This document shows, one piece after another, positions 31,578-45,088 of a stretch of 64,000 nucleotides of DNA. The notes under the pieces were generated by a model. That model ran no database searches and was not told where the DNA came from. It saw only the letters and a list, made by a program, of their open reading frames with translations. The first letter of the stretch is position 1, and the number at the start of each line of letters is the position of its first letter. Position numbers and translations under genes: made by a program. This DNA comes from Klebsormidium nitens (taxonomy: Eukaryota > Plantae > Klebsormidiophyceae), in the NCBI GenBank assembly GCA_000708835.1, contig DF237056.1, positions 134,166 through 198,165 on the forward strand, read 5' to 3'.

Positions 31578-34189
31578 TCAGAGCAACTCCAAAATCTGCG
31601 GAAGAAAAGGAACGAAAATTCAGATGAGCATGCTGTTTCCTGACGTAAAGACAGAAGAAAGGTCCTCGCTAAAAGGACTCCGGACGATGTAGGAAAGGCC
31701 CGAAAACATCCGCAATCCCAGTCACAAAGCGTTAGCTTTTCACGATTGGGTGGCCGACAAACTTCGTTAGGTTCGCTCGCAAGAATCCATGCTATCCTTC
31801 TATCTTCGTTAATGAAATCGTATGATAAGCTCTGAGGCCTCAGGCCGAAGCTGTTCCCACCGACATCAAGGACGCTTCCGAGCTTCCTGCCCGAGACTCT
31901 CATGGTCTGCGCACTTTTGCCAAAACTCAGAAAGCACAATTGGACGAAGGCGGAGATATGAGACCCGACGGGACTATGCAAGGAGCAACCATGGGCGTAT
32001 CTTTCAAGGATACTTGCACTGGATAAAAGCTAGCGGGGACGTCACCTGCTTCACTTTTTTCACCAAATTTGGGAGCCCTTCAAACGCCGACTGACACCAG
32101 CGGCAAAGTTTGAGCACGGGCGTTGAGCTCTTGAACTTTTGAGCTTTCTTCAAATACATGGGAGGACCAATTCTTGTACAAAGAAGAGCATCTTAGTGAC
32201 GAGCACTCGAAAGAGCGAGTGTGTCTGGCCGCTCACGTTGATGGGCATCTCTTCAATGATGAAGCCCAGAGACTCTTCCAAGGACCGCAGCATGCCAACT
32301 TCCGCCGCAGCTACGAAGCTTAGTACGATGCCGCCTGCAGCAAAGGCATGGCAGGTGCGGTACTGATGAGGGCGACCACGTACGTGTTGGTCCCGGTCAA
32401 CATGACGCCCTGCCTGGAATGCGTCCGACTGATCAACTCAAGAGGTGAGACCGCCAATTTTTTTCAACCCAGGCAAAACAGGGCGTAACAGCTCGTGGTG
32501 CTCAGAGATCCTCAGCAATGAGAACAGACAGCTGTCCAACTTCGTCTCACTCACTTGAAGAGTGTGGCGCTCCCGACAGGAAGGACCGCGGTGGGGAGGA
32601 TCCGGAGGGGGTGATCTTGGGCAGAGCGCTCGCTGCAGTTGGGCCGAGCACCGCAGCCACTCGGCGCGCGTACTGCTCCTGCACGGGAGACCAGGCGATG
32701 ATTCCATTAGAGAGCCAATAAGATCGTGCTTTTAACAGCTTCGTTCAAAATCACATCACAAGGTACCTGGGTGGAAGGTGTATTGGTGCGGTACTATCAC
32801 TGACCCGCAGATCAATCTGCTTTGATCATTCGACATTATGGTTTAACAACAAATTGCAACACCCAGTTCCCTAACCTCTATTCCGACGAACGTTTTGAGA
32901 GCTGAGGCACAGACGAATGAACGCCAGGTGACGCCTGCAACAATTGCAAAGCAATCATGCAGATTCGCGGAGCTTGTTGAGATGAGATTGAACACCGGCT
33001 GACACAAGCTGGTACGAGCTGCTGTCAATAAGAATGGCGCCTGAATATTCTACGATGCTAAACAGCTGTGTCTATTACATTTGCACGTTCCACGGAGGCC
33101 TCACCTTCTTCAGCGGCAGCTCATAGTTGATCATCAGCTTTGCCAGCAGCGGGCTCTCGCCAAGAGCAGCCATTGGAAGGCACGCATCCGTCATCGCCAG
33201 AATGTTTAGTGCAGCCCTCGACAGCTTAGCTTGCTTTCCTTCCTCCTGATCTTCTACAGATTCTGCGCCCTTTTCCTCTTCTCCGGCAGGACTGCTTTCA
33301 GAGGGGGTGGGCTTGGCAGGAGGGCTTTCGGAAGGATTTAGGGAGTGCTGTCGTCTGGCATGAAAGGCTGATAAGATTTTTGCGCGATCGCTTTCCACCA
33401 TGTCGCTGTGCTGCAGATGGCATAGCAAAGCAGGTTTACTCCTTTGCTTTGGTAACAAAGAATCAAGAAGAAGTTGGTCTCCACGATCACCGAGAAAGTA
33501 TATCCTGTACTTTAGCATCAACAGGCTGGCTATCGCTGCTGCTAATCAATATGCAGTCTGCACATGACTCCATTAACTGGACTGTTTAGATGGATGCAAG
33601 TACCGTTCTTGATTACATAAGTGGACGTGACAAAAGCTGGCCCAAGTTTGCAAGTACTCAACATCACTCAAGGACCCAAATGAATGCGTAAGCAGGCCAG
33701 ATTTAGAATGGACACAAGAAACGTGTCGAGTACCAGCGCAACCTTTTGACAAAGTACATTTGCCCGGCTTTGCCTCACCAGACACTGGACAGAGAAGCGA
33801 GTCTCATATGCGATGGCGCCAACCAAGGCATCGAGCACATCCCGCGTGCCGCAGCAGATGCCAACCGCCACCTCACCCCTCCGCGCCAACACCTCCAATA
33901 GATCCTTCAAAGTTCCCAGCTTGAATTGGGGCCGCTCCACCGCCACGTAAAACTGGGGCAGACTGCTGTGCCCTGTCACTGGAGAGATGTATCGGCCGGC
34001 TGGGGGCTCTGATGAGCGGAGATCTAGAGTGGGGGGAGTTTCAGGGATGGTGTTTCGCAGGCCAGAAAGTGAGGGTGAGCTTGATGGGGAGTGGTGGCCC
34101 CGCCCGCTCGTGGTGGCAGCATTTTCATGGGGTTTCAGAGGGTGGCTGTAGGCAGGCCGCGGTTCGTCGTTTCCTGGACCGCTTGACAT
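31578..34189 (-). CDS. Plant-type protein with a degenerate DEAD-box helicase C-terminal (eIF4A-like) domain only, ~318 aa, 5 exons
   Basis: Exons 34189-33779, 33410-33105, 32678-32555, 32334-32237 and 31595-31578 give QFYVAVERPQFKLGTLKDLL, VGICCGTRDVLDAL, HSDMVESDRAKILSAF, LAMTDACLP, LMINYELPLKKEQYARR and SGIVLSFVAAAEVGMLRSLEESLGFIIEEMPINILELL*. This resembles the second RecA domain of eIF4A; no N-terminal DEAD domain is present. Confidence 0.8.
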
Positions 34190-34739
34190 GCCTGCAACCA
34201 GCAATGCAGTGCGGAGACTTCTAACAGGCAATCTGTTATTGCTCCACGATTGGAAAGCGCTCAAAGGCAGTCCTAGGAATACGCCTGAGCTGCAAGGATT
34301 GATCAGCAGGTTCAATGCTGAGCTCTTTCTGGCTCAAGGCTCAAGCTAGGCCCTTGTCCTGGGCCGCGCTGACCTACACGAGACTTATCTTATTTCTGAA
34401 GAATCCGGGTAGTCGCCCAAAACCCATGCCGTCCCTCGCGTTCTTTGCTGCTTTTGCTTTCCATATCATTTCAGAGATTTCCTAGAGCTTACTGACGGCC
34501 GAAGTGCCGGTCCTTGAGCATCAACGTTAGAAACAGCGACGCGAACTCCGACTAGAAATTGCCTTCGCTGCGCAGAATTATAGGTACCCCACCAAGACTC
34601 AGAGTTGGTAAAAGTGAGGGCAGGGAGGCCTACAGCCTCAGGAGGGAGATTGCAAGTTGCAAAAAGGCGAGGAAAGGGGCGGAGATTATTACCTGACATA
34701 TACCTAGACGGGGGTATTGTTGACAATCAGGCAACGAAG

Positions 34740-37700
34740 ATGGCTGCAAAGGACTACCTTGCGGAGGAGCGCAGGAATCCAGCTTTTGATCTGCATGCAA
34801 TGACGAATCTGATCTATGGAGGGCCGGTGAGCATTTTAAACTGATGAATCTTTTCTAAGCCTCTGTATCAGACATGATGCGAGGGACAGTTTGGTGCGTA
34901 ATGATCGCACTTGTGAATGATTTGGAAAGCTTGTCAAGAAGTGCTTGATTTCTGAGTGGTGCAGTAATTGACATACATGAAGGCTGACCAGTCACCTTTG
35001 ACAAAGCCCCTTCTGTTCCTGCATCAAATTCGAGTATCCAAAAAGTTCAGAAGGATCAAAAAGTCTCTTAGTTTGAGCTGCTTGAGCTTCTCATTTCCCT
35101 CCCTTACCTTACCTTACCGGAATGCTGACCTGTGCAGGAGAAAGCAGAGAAATGGAAGGAGCTCAGTCGCCTGGTGGCAGCAGACCCTGTGTTCCGCAAG
35201 GACGATAAGTACCACCTCTCCAGGCCAGAGGCGTTCAAGAGGGCCCTGGAAAAGGTCAAGCAGGCTTACAAGCGGGTCCACGAACTTGGTCTAGACGGTG
35301 AGCGCTTGCTTTGTTGACCCACCTTGCGCACATCTTGATAGCCTGTTTATAACGGTTTGTTCAAAGGAGAGCCAAATTTTCAATGTTGAGCAGAACTTTC
35401 TTTGCTAGGACCACATCTTACAGCTGGTGTCGATTGGTGGCTTGTTGTCCATGCAACTGCAGCAGATCACGGGTTGTCAGTTGCTGACTTTCTGATCAGA
35501 AGAGCATTCCTTGAATCAATGGAGGGTTTGGCCACACCTATCTTTTGTTCAAAGACCACTACTGATTCTAGGAGTAATAGAAGATTGGGTTGATCACTCA
35601 CTCATGTTTCAGAGACCTGTTTCTGGGACTTGTTTGGTTCGAATCCCCGCAAACAAGGACTATTTGTGTTTTCTTCACAAGGAGGTTCCTGCTTTTCCAG
35701 GAAGGGGAAGGCTTACTTCTGCTTTCCCCAAGCAAACGTTTCTCAAACTTTGAGGATTACGCGGTTTTTCAATTGATGAAACAACCTTGAATGATGCCCT
35801 TTGCGCGAAAACATCTTTCTCAATTGATCGGTCATGTTTTGTTAGATTCCGCATCTTCACTGGTCTGCAGCTGCCGACTCCCGCCTGTTCCGTGTGCTTG
35901 TGGACGAGCTTCAGGGCTCCGATTTGCACCATGGCATGTTCATCCCCACAATCGAAGGGCAGGGAACAGAGGAGCAGAAGGCGAAATGGCTGCCGCTGGC
36001 CAACAGGTGACAGAAGACTTCGTTTTCAGATACTTCACAACTTAGCCTGAGACTATTCTTGTCTCGAGATAATCAGATGGCAATGGAGCCAATTGATCCG
36101 ATTGATTGCTTTGCATCTAATGGACTGGCAAAATTCGCTTCTGGATGCCTCTGCCACTGACTTCTGTGGCATGCCGAAGTCACTGGAGTCGAATTGCACT
36201 GTAATGCTCATCAAAAATCAATGATCCAATACTTGGATCGCTGGCTGTTCATAGAGTTCCTTTTCAACTTATATGGTCCTCACCTTGCCGCATGGACGCC
36301 TTTGTAGATGATCCTGCTTGCTGTGGCGGCAGTCTGGTGGTATTTTCAGATGCTGGCAAAGTGTTAATCGCTGATGAAGTAGAAGGAAGATTAAACAAGC
36401 CTTTGATCGAAAGCTCCTGGTCAGATGTTTCCTGGTCTGGTTTGCAGCTATGCGATCCTTGGCTGCTACGCCCAGACCGAGATGGGCCACGGCTCAAACG
36501 TTCAAGGCCTGGAGACGACCGCTGACTACGACATTACCACGCAAGAGTTCGTCATCAACAGCCCCACCCTGACATCGACAAAGGTGAGGGAAACCGTATC
36601 AGACTTAGAGATCCACTCTAATGAACATTGTGGCCTCTTCGCTGTTACTCGCTTCAATTTTGCACGTGTAGCGACTTTTGTTTGCATGCTGTAGCTCTCA
36701 GCAGGTCAACCCCTCAGGCGCTATCCGGAGGAGCTCGTGCCTTTTGACACGTAACGTCGAAGCATCTAGAAGCTCGGCCTACAAACCATCTAGTCTTCTT
36801 CAGAGACTCTTGTGTAGAGTTTACTCCCGTAGCTTAGGCCAGAGTCTTGAGTAACCCAGCTTCGTGACTTCTCAATCTCGCAGTGGTGGCCTGGAGGCCT
36901 TGGCAAGTTCTCGACACACGCAGTGGTGTTTGCCCGGCTGAGAACAAAGGGAGCAGATCATGGAGTACACCGTGAGTCTCTATCATGGTCGACTGTGCTC
37001 AGTGTGCACCCTGTTGTACTTCCAGTTTCCAAGAGGTAGAGATTTTGAAGAGGTTGATAAGCAGTTTAAGAAGCATACTCGAGAGTCAAAAAGTCTGGAC
37101 GGCCATCTCAAATCTCCCAAGCCCCTCGTTTCAACCTGCCTGCGATCTGGGTGGACAAACTTAGAAGCTCGTAGGGATTTCGCTTCACGAACCCCAGTAG
37201 AAAATATGGGATTGCCGCTCATCCTTGGCTTGGTAGCCAGAGGCTCTGTCCTGCGGACAAAGCGGGATAGAAGCGGGATCGTACTCGTTGTCGCCGACTT
37301 GATACGTGTTGGCTCTGTTCACAAACACCGCAACAAGATCATAGCGTTTTTCCTGCGGTACCCGCTTCCCTGGCACAACGTCGCCACAAATTCTAACGCT
37401 TCTTTGCGGCAGAGCAACAACATGACTTTCGATGATACTCGTTTGAGGAAGCCGCATTGTTCGAGGATCAATCCAATAAACCTTTTTATCCTGATGTTGA
37501 GCTGACGTCCCTTCCATTTCCATTCGCTTGCAGCCTTCATTGTCCAGCTGCGAAGTTTGGACGATCACCGCTCTCTTCCTGGGATCACTGTGGGAGACAT
37601 TGGGACCAAGTTTGGGCTGGGTGCCTACTTCACCGTCGATAACGGACTGCTCCGATTGGACCACGTCAGAGTGCCGCGGGACCAGCTGCTCATGAGGTGA

Positions 37701-40700
37701 GGCGCCCATCTGTGTCGACAATAAGCCAGTCAATACACGCGGCTATCAACACGAATTGCTGACTGTTGGGCAAGTAATTGCGCTCTTCTGAGTTAATGCT
37801 TCTGTTCCTAACGCGCCAGTAGCTTTTCCTTTGAACCAGTTTTAAAATGAACGAACAGAGCTTGTCTTTCTGTGTTCGGCCGTTTCGAAGCGAGTTTGGG
37901 CACTCCTGAGAAGAAAGGAGGTTACTGACTGATTCAGCCTCTTAATCCTGTTTGATTTGTGCCCTCGTCTTGGAGGCGTCAAGAGGACCTCTCGCCACTT
38001 TCGATAACGTCCCGCGATGTGATGTCCAGCTTATGCCGCTATTCATAGTTTTGCCCTGTTTGGTAGTAGTTTCTTCCTAAGAGGACCCTGCACCAAACGA
38101 CCCAATTAGTTGATAGTAGTCCGTTGATGGATTAAAAGCTGAACGTGTCAACTTTGCACAGGTACGCAAAAGTCAGCCCTGACGGAACCTACTCGAAGCC
38201 CCCTCACGCGAAGCTGGCGTATGGAGCCATGGTCTACGTCCGGGCGGGGATCGTGGAAGGGGCGGGGCATTACCTGGCAAAGGCAGTGACGATTGCGACC
38301 AGGTACAACGCAGTGCGGCGTCAATTTGGCGGCAAGGTTGGACTCGAGACGCAGGTGAGCTTCTTACAGCGCCGTTCAGCGACCTGGCAGTTGCCGAGGT
38401 GTGTTTACAAATCTGCTTTTGCTGGTGGTGGTGAGAGCGCTGTTAGGTCCGACCAACCGAACTGTCTACCCGTGCTCGAGAAAGCCCACTGCAGAGAAAG
38501 GTTTGGACGAGCCTGCAGGTTGTCGAGGCTGCAATTTTCGCACACGCAAGTAAAGGAAATTGCTCAAAAAAGCAAGGGTGAAACGACGTTCTGCATTTCG
38601 AATCTCCACGGGTTCCGCTTCTTACAAACATTTCTGCAGCTTGTCGTTCTCTTTCGATTCAAGGCGGTTGTCTTCTCTTCAGACTGTATAGCGACTGCCA
38701 GATCTTCCAAGACATGATTTTTGTTTCCTTGTTTTGCAGATCATCGAGTACAAGACGCAACAACACCGGCTCTTTCCCCTTCTCGCCTCTGCCTACGCTT
38801 TTACCTTCACTGGCAAGTGGATGCGCAAGTTGTACACAGAGGTCATCGATCAGCTGAACCGAGGCAAGTGAAGCGTTGTACTTGGAAGCCTACACCAGGA
38901 CTTGAAGTCTGATGTCATCGTACACACAGGATCAAGCCGCTAGAATCATGCCGCTTTTTATGCTTCTTGAATTCTGTCCTCGGTTGGCGAAAGCCGACCC
39001 TCTGACGTGGCAACTTGTAGACTGGGCGTACAGTATTTCGTATCTTCACGGCACGGGTGGCTAAACTCGACAACGATGAACCGTTGCCAACTTCGAAGCA
39101 GCTTTTGGCTAGTCTGGAGCCAGTTCTTGATTTCAAACTCACTCTAGAACGAGAGGTCCGTCGATCTTCGTGTAGTCTTGCTGACATTTCCGCCGGCTTC
39201 TCCAATGTTACAGGTGACGTGTCCGGCCTCCCCGAGGTGCACGCCAGCACCGCGGGCCTCAAGGCGCTGACCACCAGCTTCACGGCAGACGGCATCGAGG
39301 AGTGCCGTAAGCTATGCGGCGGAAACGGATACCTTATGGCGTCCGGCCTGCCCGACCTCTACTGCGCCTACGTGCCTGCGTGCACATACGAGGGGGACAA
39401 CTACATCCTCTTTCTGCAGGTCCGTTGACCTTATCTCTAACACTCGCTCATTCCACTACTCTATCACGTCAGCTTTTTCTATCACGTCCTACTCTCTTCC
39501 CCTCTCTTCCCCTTTTGGCTTCTGATTTAAGTTTGCTGACTATTTGAAACTGTTGCCACTGCCGACTCGCATTACAAGCTCCTCCCACCGACCTTTCAAA
39601 GCTTGCTGGCGGACACTTTCGAGACTGTTACGCAGAAAGGTCTTCCATTTTCAGATTTTTGTGCTCGCAGTCACGTATCAAACGACCACCAAGTTCTTGG
39701 CAGATCTGACCCATTGGTTATACTACGAACCCTCGTGCAGCTGTTGGTATTACCTTTCCTGGTCTTTCTAGCTGATAGGTTTCTACCTACCTATCCTCGT
39801 TGATTGTTAGGAAGCTTATTCTGACAAGCTGGTTTTTTTCCAATATTATTCTTGTGCTTCACTAGTCCTCACTATCAGTTCTCAAGCCTCGTGGTCTCGT
39901 GCCTCCTTTCAGGTGGCACGGTATCTCATGAAGGTGGCATCACAACTGGCCAACGGAGAGAAGCCGTCGGGGGCTGCTCAGTACTTGGGGGATGCCCAGC
40001 GCCTCTGTTCCGTCCAGTGTCCGGCAAAATCCGCAGCGGACTTCCTGCGGCCAGAAGTGCAATTAGAGGCGCTCTCGGCTCGGGCGGCGCGGCTGGTGAT
40101 TGGGAACGGGATGAGAATACAAGGGGCCAAGAACTTCGAGAAAGGTGAGGAGTGTTGTTGTCTGGCCGGAAGCTCTCTAATATGCTCCGGAGGAGTCCCA
40201 AGAGTTGAAGGTTTATGGAGCCCGATGCGCCTGTCAATCCAGTAGGGCTGGTGGTCGGGCGCAAAAACGTCGGGAAAGCTGCACGGATGCCATTCTTTTG
40301 CTAAGGGAAAGTCCTATTCGTTTCAATGTGAGCGGTTTGGGACTTGTAAGTTAGAGAGAAGTCACCAAGTCAGCAGGAATGCTGGCCGAGCACCGTAAGT
40401 TGAGTTGAGATTGAGTTGAGGCAGGCGTTGAATTTGGAGCCTTTAGTTTATCAGGAAGATATCAAGGTCTCTGCAGCTGGTTGAGAGAATGATGCTCCAA
40501 CTTACCCATTTGGGCTACTCTCGAAAGGAAGTGTTAAGACAGTCGGATAAAGCAGATAGCCCCCAAGCGCTACTAGTCTTCATTTCGTGCGTTTGATTTA
40601 TCAAATGAAAGACTTCGGAATCTTTGACATCCGTCATCGGCCGAGGCATTTTGAGCAAAATCTTCGAACAAAGCGGTATCCCCAACTTTTTTTCTGCAGC

Positions 40701-42121
40701 CATCGCCGACTCCGCCGTTGAGATGGTCCGCATGTCGCGAGCGCACTGTCAACAAATCGTCGTGAGCAAATTCATCGAGCAGGTGCAGGTGAGAGCTGCT
40801 CCCCATTGCCGGCCACTCGAACAAAAGCCCAAAAACTGCTCTCGGTTCATTGACGCTACGGTTTATGAAATGTTTGAAGTGCTCAAGCGTCAGTCCGGTT
40901 TCGAATGCCCTAAAAATACTTGGGCACTTTCGCAGTCTCGTCGCTTAGAGTCGTCAGGAATTGTGTGTAAGGTCCAACGTCTTCTCGAAATAGCCAAGAG
41001 GATCTTATGCATCTGCTACTCCTCGTTTCATGAATTCCAAAGAAGACACATTGGCCCTCTGGATCTACTCACAGGGAAATAGCAGGGCGTACTGGCTGCG
41101 CCTGGCAGCAACGAAGAAACATGTGACCCGTTTTTGAGCTCCTGACGCTTGCCGAAAATTTCTCAGGTCGCCGGCAGCCACTCACAAATCAACACATCTG
41201 CCTGTTGTGCAGGGCGACATTGAGGGACGGGGCGTGCGTGACCAGCTGGTGCTGCTGTGCAACCTGTACGCGGTGTCCCAGATCGAGGCGAACTTGGGCG
41301 ACCTTCTCGAAGTGGGCTATCTCAAGCCCAAGCAGGCGAGCTGGGTGCATGAGGCACTGGCAGAGCTGCTGATTCAGGTGAGCTGTCTTACCGCTTGGCC
41401 TTCGAGCTAGCTGTTTTCTGTAGGCTTCTAGCTTGTTGAGAGTTTGGTTTTGTCTCGATGCGTTAGTTTTGCCGAGATGCATTCCGTATCCTTTTACGTT
41501 GAATAGTTTTTAGATACTTTTTCGTTTTGCTCCAGCGAGTTATGCTTGCTGCTTCAGGTGGAACACTCCGCAAACCTTTCAGGTCGTTTAACGGTTGCTT
41601 CCGGCGAGTTATTTTCACCGGTTGAAGGACTCTCAGCCGTTCGCAACAATCCGACTCAGGGTCTGCTTAGCTAGACATCCCGACGGTTTTATTAAGGAGG
41701 AATGGACCAATACCAACGGTCTTTTTTAGCACTGTTCGGTAGTGGCTCACCGATCTGTGTGGAAGAGACGTTAACGATCAAGCACCAGTTCGTCAGATCT
41801 CTTGAAGGCATACAGGGCTAGCATTTGCTCATGGCTTTTGTAAGACCCAGACAGAAAAGACCGGTGCCCGCGAAGTCGTGCGCAATCACAATTATCCGTA
41901 TGCAGGTCCGGCCGCAGGCGGTGAACCTGGTGGATGCCTTCTCCTTCTCGAATCATTACCTGGGCTCCGCACTGGGCCGGTACGATGGTGACGTGTACAC
42001 CGACCTGTATGCGCGAGCCTGGAAAGAGCCGCTCAACAGTACAGACGTTGTGGACGGTTATACGGAGCACCTTCGGCCACTGATTAAGCAACAGGTGTGG
42101 CCGGTGCATTCACGGCTCTAG
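34740..42121 (+). CDS. ACX1: Peroxisomal acyl-CoA oxidase (ACX1-type), 13 exons
   Basis: Spliced exons give [100 protein letters not shown]...[19 protein letters not shown] and LGRYDGDVY. The protein ends ...VHSRL* (PTS1). Confidence 0.97.
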
Positions 42122-42943
42122 CAATGGACACTTCTGCTACATTACGAGGCACGCAACGTCAGCTAGAGGATTCTATTTGCTCATTGGATGTGCGCTCCAA
42201 AAGCAATTGCACTACTAAGATCGACGCGCTTTCAGCATATTGCCCCTCGCTCAACAACCTTGCTGGGCGTAATATTCGTGTATTTCCAACATTTTGAGAT
42301 CAGTCACAAAATTGCATCCGCTGTTCTGACCTTCTGCAATAAGATTTCCTTGAGATCCGTTTGTTTGGGTAGTGACAACTCAGAACTGGCTTAACGAAGA
42401 TAGCAATACTCATTATGAAATCGAGTGAGGAACAAAGCAGAGAACTTGAGTCTGCAAGGAGCCTCATATAAGTTTCAATCTGTGGGAGTAAGTATCAAGG
42501 ATACATTCCATTGTTGATAAATGAGGTTGACCTGCAATTAGCTGATTGTTGGTAAATGATGATGGACCTGCAATTAACAATTCGTTTTTGCGATGGCGAC
42601 GTAGGCCACTAAGGCTTCTCAAAGCATGCATATGTGTATCATGTGGTTTTCAAACGGCTTGTTTACATATGGACATATTGCGAGTTATATTGAATCTACC
42701 AGACGTCCGGTCCAATTATGCATCGCGACCCGACGAGACCGCGCGCGGTCGCGGGTCTGACCATCGTGGCGGCCGGCCTGGCCTGCTGTACGCGGCCGCG
42801 GCCCCTCCAAACTCACCGACCAAACCCTTCTAAACTAGTCCGATCAGTCGTTGATGTCCTTGCACGATCGACGTACGGGTGTGGGACTTGCGCCTCGAGT
42901 ATGACGGCACAGTTAATTTAGGAATAGTATTATTAGCCGTAGG

Positions 42944-42963
42944 NNNNNNNNNNNNNNNNNNNN
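42944..42963. other. Assembly gap (20 N)
   Basis: Run of n characters; sequence continuity across this point is not guaranteed. Confidence 1.
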
Positions 42964-43069
42964 AACTGTGCCAGTCAGAGTGACTGTGAGAGGGATTGCT
43001 CACTTCTTCGCCGTGGATTAGGAAACGCGACTTATCGAACCCTTCGTAGGGTCTACTTCTTCGTTTTGC

Positions 43070-43226
43070 GACACGTGGGAAGCATGCAAGCTAGCCTGCG
43101 ATGGGCCACGTGCTCTGTGACGCACAGCTGCCACACGGCTTGCCACAAGGGCCGACAGTTGTCACTTCGCGACCTCGGGCCCGGCCCTAGCTAGTAGTGC
43201 ATATGTTTGCTCGCTATCCGCCACGT
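43070..43226 (+). promoter_or_regulatory. Cluster of ABRE/G-box and RY-like motifs upstream of LEA-like gene A
   Basis: ACACGTGG at 43071-43078, CATGCA at 43083-43088, GCCACGTG at 43105-43112 and GCCACGT at 43220-43226, about 270-430 bp upstream of ATG 43498. The motifs are seen directly; their function is inferred. Confidence 0.5.
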
Positions 43227-43497
43227 TTCTTGTGGCGAACCAGAACTGAACGCCGCCCCCAGCTGAACTTTCAGCTAAGTCTCTGCTCGCACTGCAGACT
43301 GGGACTTCCGGCCATCCTGCTTTTGCTCTAACAACGGGACATCCTGTTGCTTTTGATAAACTTGTTCAGAATTTCGTCATTTTGCCAGAATCCACTCGCT
43401 GCTATTCGCATTGCGCCTATCAAAACATCCTGCAATCACTTTCATCAGTTCGCACACACTGCAACCTTCGACCACTAGTCAGCTAAAGTGAGGCAAC

Positions 43498-45088
43498 ATG
43501 TCGAGCGGACAGACAACTCAGCACGCGAAAGCAGCAGCGACTGAGGGGTTCCATCATGCTCACGAACAGGGGGAGAAGGCAGAGTCCGGGATGAAGGAGA
43601 AGATGCAGCACATGAAGGTAAGTTCTTTGGCAGAACAGCTTGCAGTATCGCCTCTCATATTTCCCTCTTCATGACCTCCGATCAACTTTATCAATCCTTG
43701 TTCGTTGGTTAAATCAGTGCTTTTTGTTGACAATCTTCGATTATGGGTGCCAGTCTTTGAAATATTCAAGCTTCAGAACGTCAGATCGACCTATTGACAT
43801 CCTGGTGCCCCCTGCCCCTCGAACTTCGTTGTTTTGCTGGCCTACATTGGCAATATGGAGAGGCAAAGATTTATAAGTGCTGGTACACAGAATCAAATGA
43901 CGAGCTTGCAAGTGCAAGCTGCCAATGAGACGACTCTGAAACAACCAGAGAATGTACACTTGCCTTCTCCTGCAGCCTGTAATTCACCCTTCACTTTTAC
44001 CAAACCGTTTTGGGTGGATGTTTGTATGATAGCAAATCAGCGGAGCTCGTGCATTGCAGTGCAGATCTCATGGATTGTGCTCACCAGATTACCACTGTGT
44101 ATTCTCCAGGAGGATGCCAAGGAGACCCTCAAGAAGATGACTCACCCTTTCAACAAGGAGAAGAAGGCAGGGGATGCCGCCCAGGCTGAGGCTCACAAGG
44201 AAATGGCGACAGAGGCAAGGCAGGAGAAGAATGCTATGCACACTGAGAGAGGCCAGGCAGCTCGCCAGGTGTGTTCATCAAATCTTGAAAAGTGTGATGA
44301 GCTGCTAGCTTGCAGAGGAAAGACTACAGTGTTTTCCTGTGCAGTCTCTTCAGCTGGAATGGGCTGCAAATGAGTAGTCAGCAGATCTTCCTGTCAACTT
44401 AAGAGGACGGGTGTTGCAAGGCATGATCGGTTTAGTATGATAGTACCTCCCTAACAATGACCACTGGGAATGTTGATGTTGAGATTTGCTTTGTAGTTGG
44501 CACGTCTTGCAATACTTCCTCGAAATACCTTCGTCTTCGTATTGGGGGTTCGTTCCAATTCTGATGTCAGTATGACTCACAATACCCTGAACCCTGTGCA
44601 GGATGCTGAGGCCAGGTATGGTGGCAACCCCAACAGCACCGGCGCTTCACTGGGGCAAGGTAAGATACTCCTGACTTCTTTCTTCCGCAAAGGAGAAAGT
44701 TTCCCCACCAGTTCCCTTTCGGGTTTTATTTGATGATCCGATGAAACTCCAAGTGAAGATAGTGTAACTTACTTGGATCGGAACTGTGAAAAGCCAGGTA
44801 CCCTATCAATGCTTTCTTGTTCACGACCCCATCTCGTGAATCTAGTTCCATCGTCACTGGATCACTGCCCGCAGTATGGTACGATCCTGACATGATAGCA
44901 TCTGGAAAATGGTCTGACATTTTCCATCTTTTGCAGACGCTGAGGCTGGGCGTGTTCATGGAGGAAGCACCGCGGAGAAAGTGATGGACAAGATCACGCC
45001 TGGAGAAGGTCTGACCGGTACTGGACCCAGGGGGGAGTACGGCAACACTGGCACTGGGATGGGTAGCAACTACGGACAGCAGTTGTAG
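43498..45088 (+). CDS. LEA-like hydrophilin A (LEA_1/group-4-like helical N-terminal half, Gly/Thr-rich tail), ~162 aa, 4 exons
   Basis: Exons 43498-43617, 44110-44268, 44602-44659 and 44937-45088 give MSSGQTTQHAKAAATEGFHHAHEQGEKAESGMKEKMQHMKEDAKETLKKMTHPFNKEKKAGDAAQAEAHKEMATEARQEKNAMH...GSTAEKVMDKITPGEGLTGTGPRGEYGNTGTGMGSNYGQQL*. Very hydrophilic, with no Cys or Trp. Confidence 0.75.
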
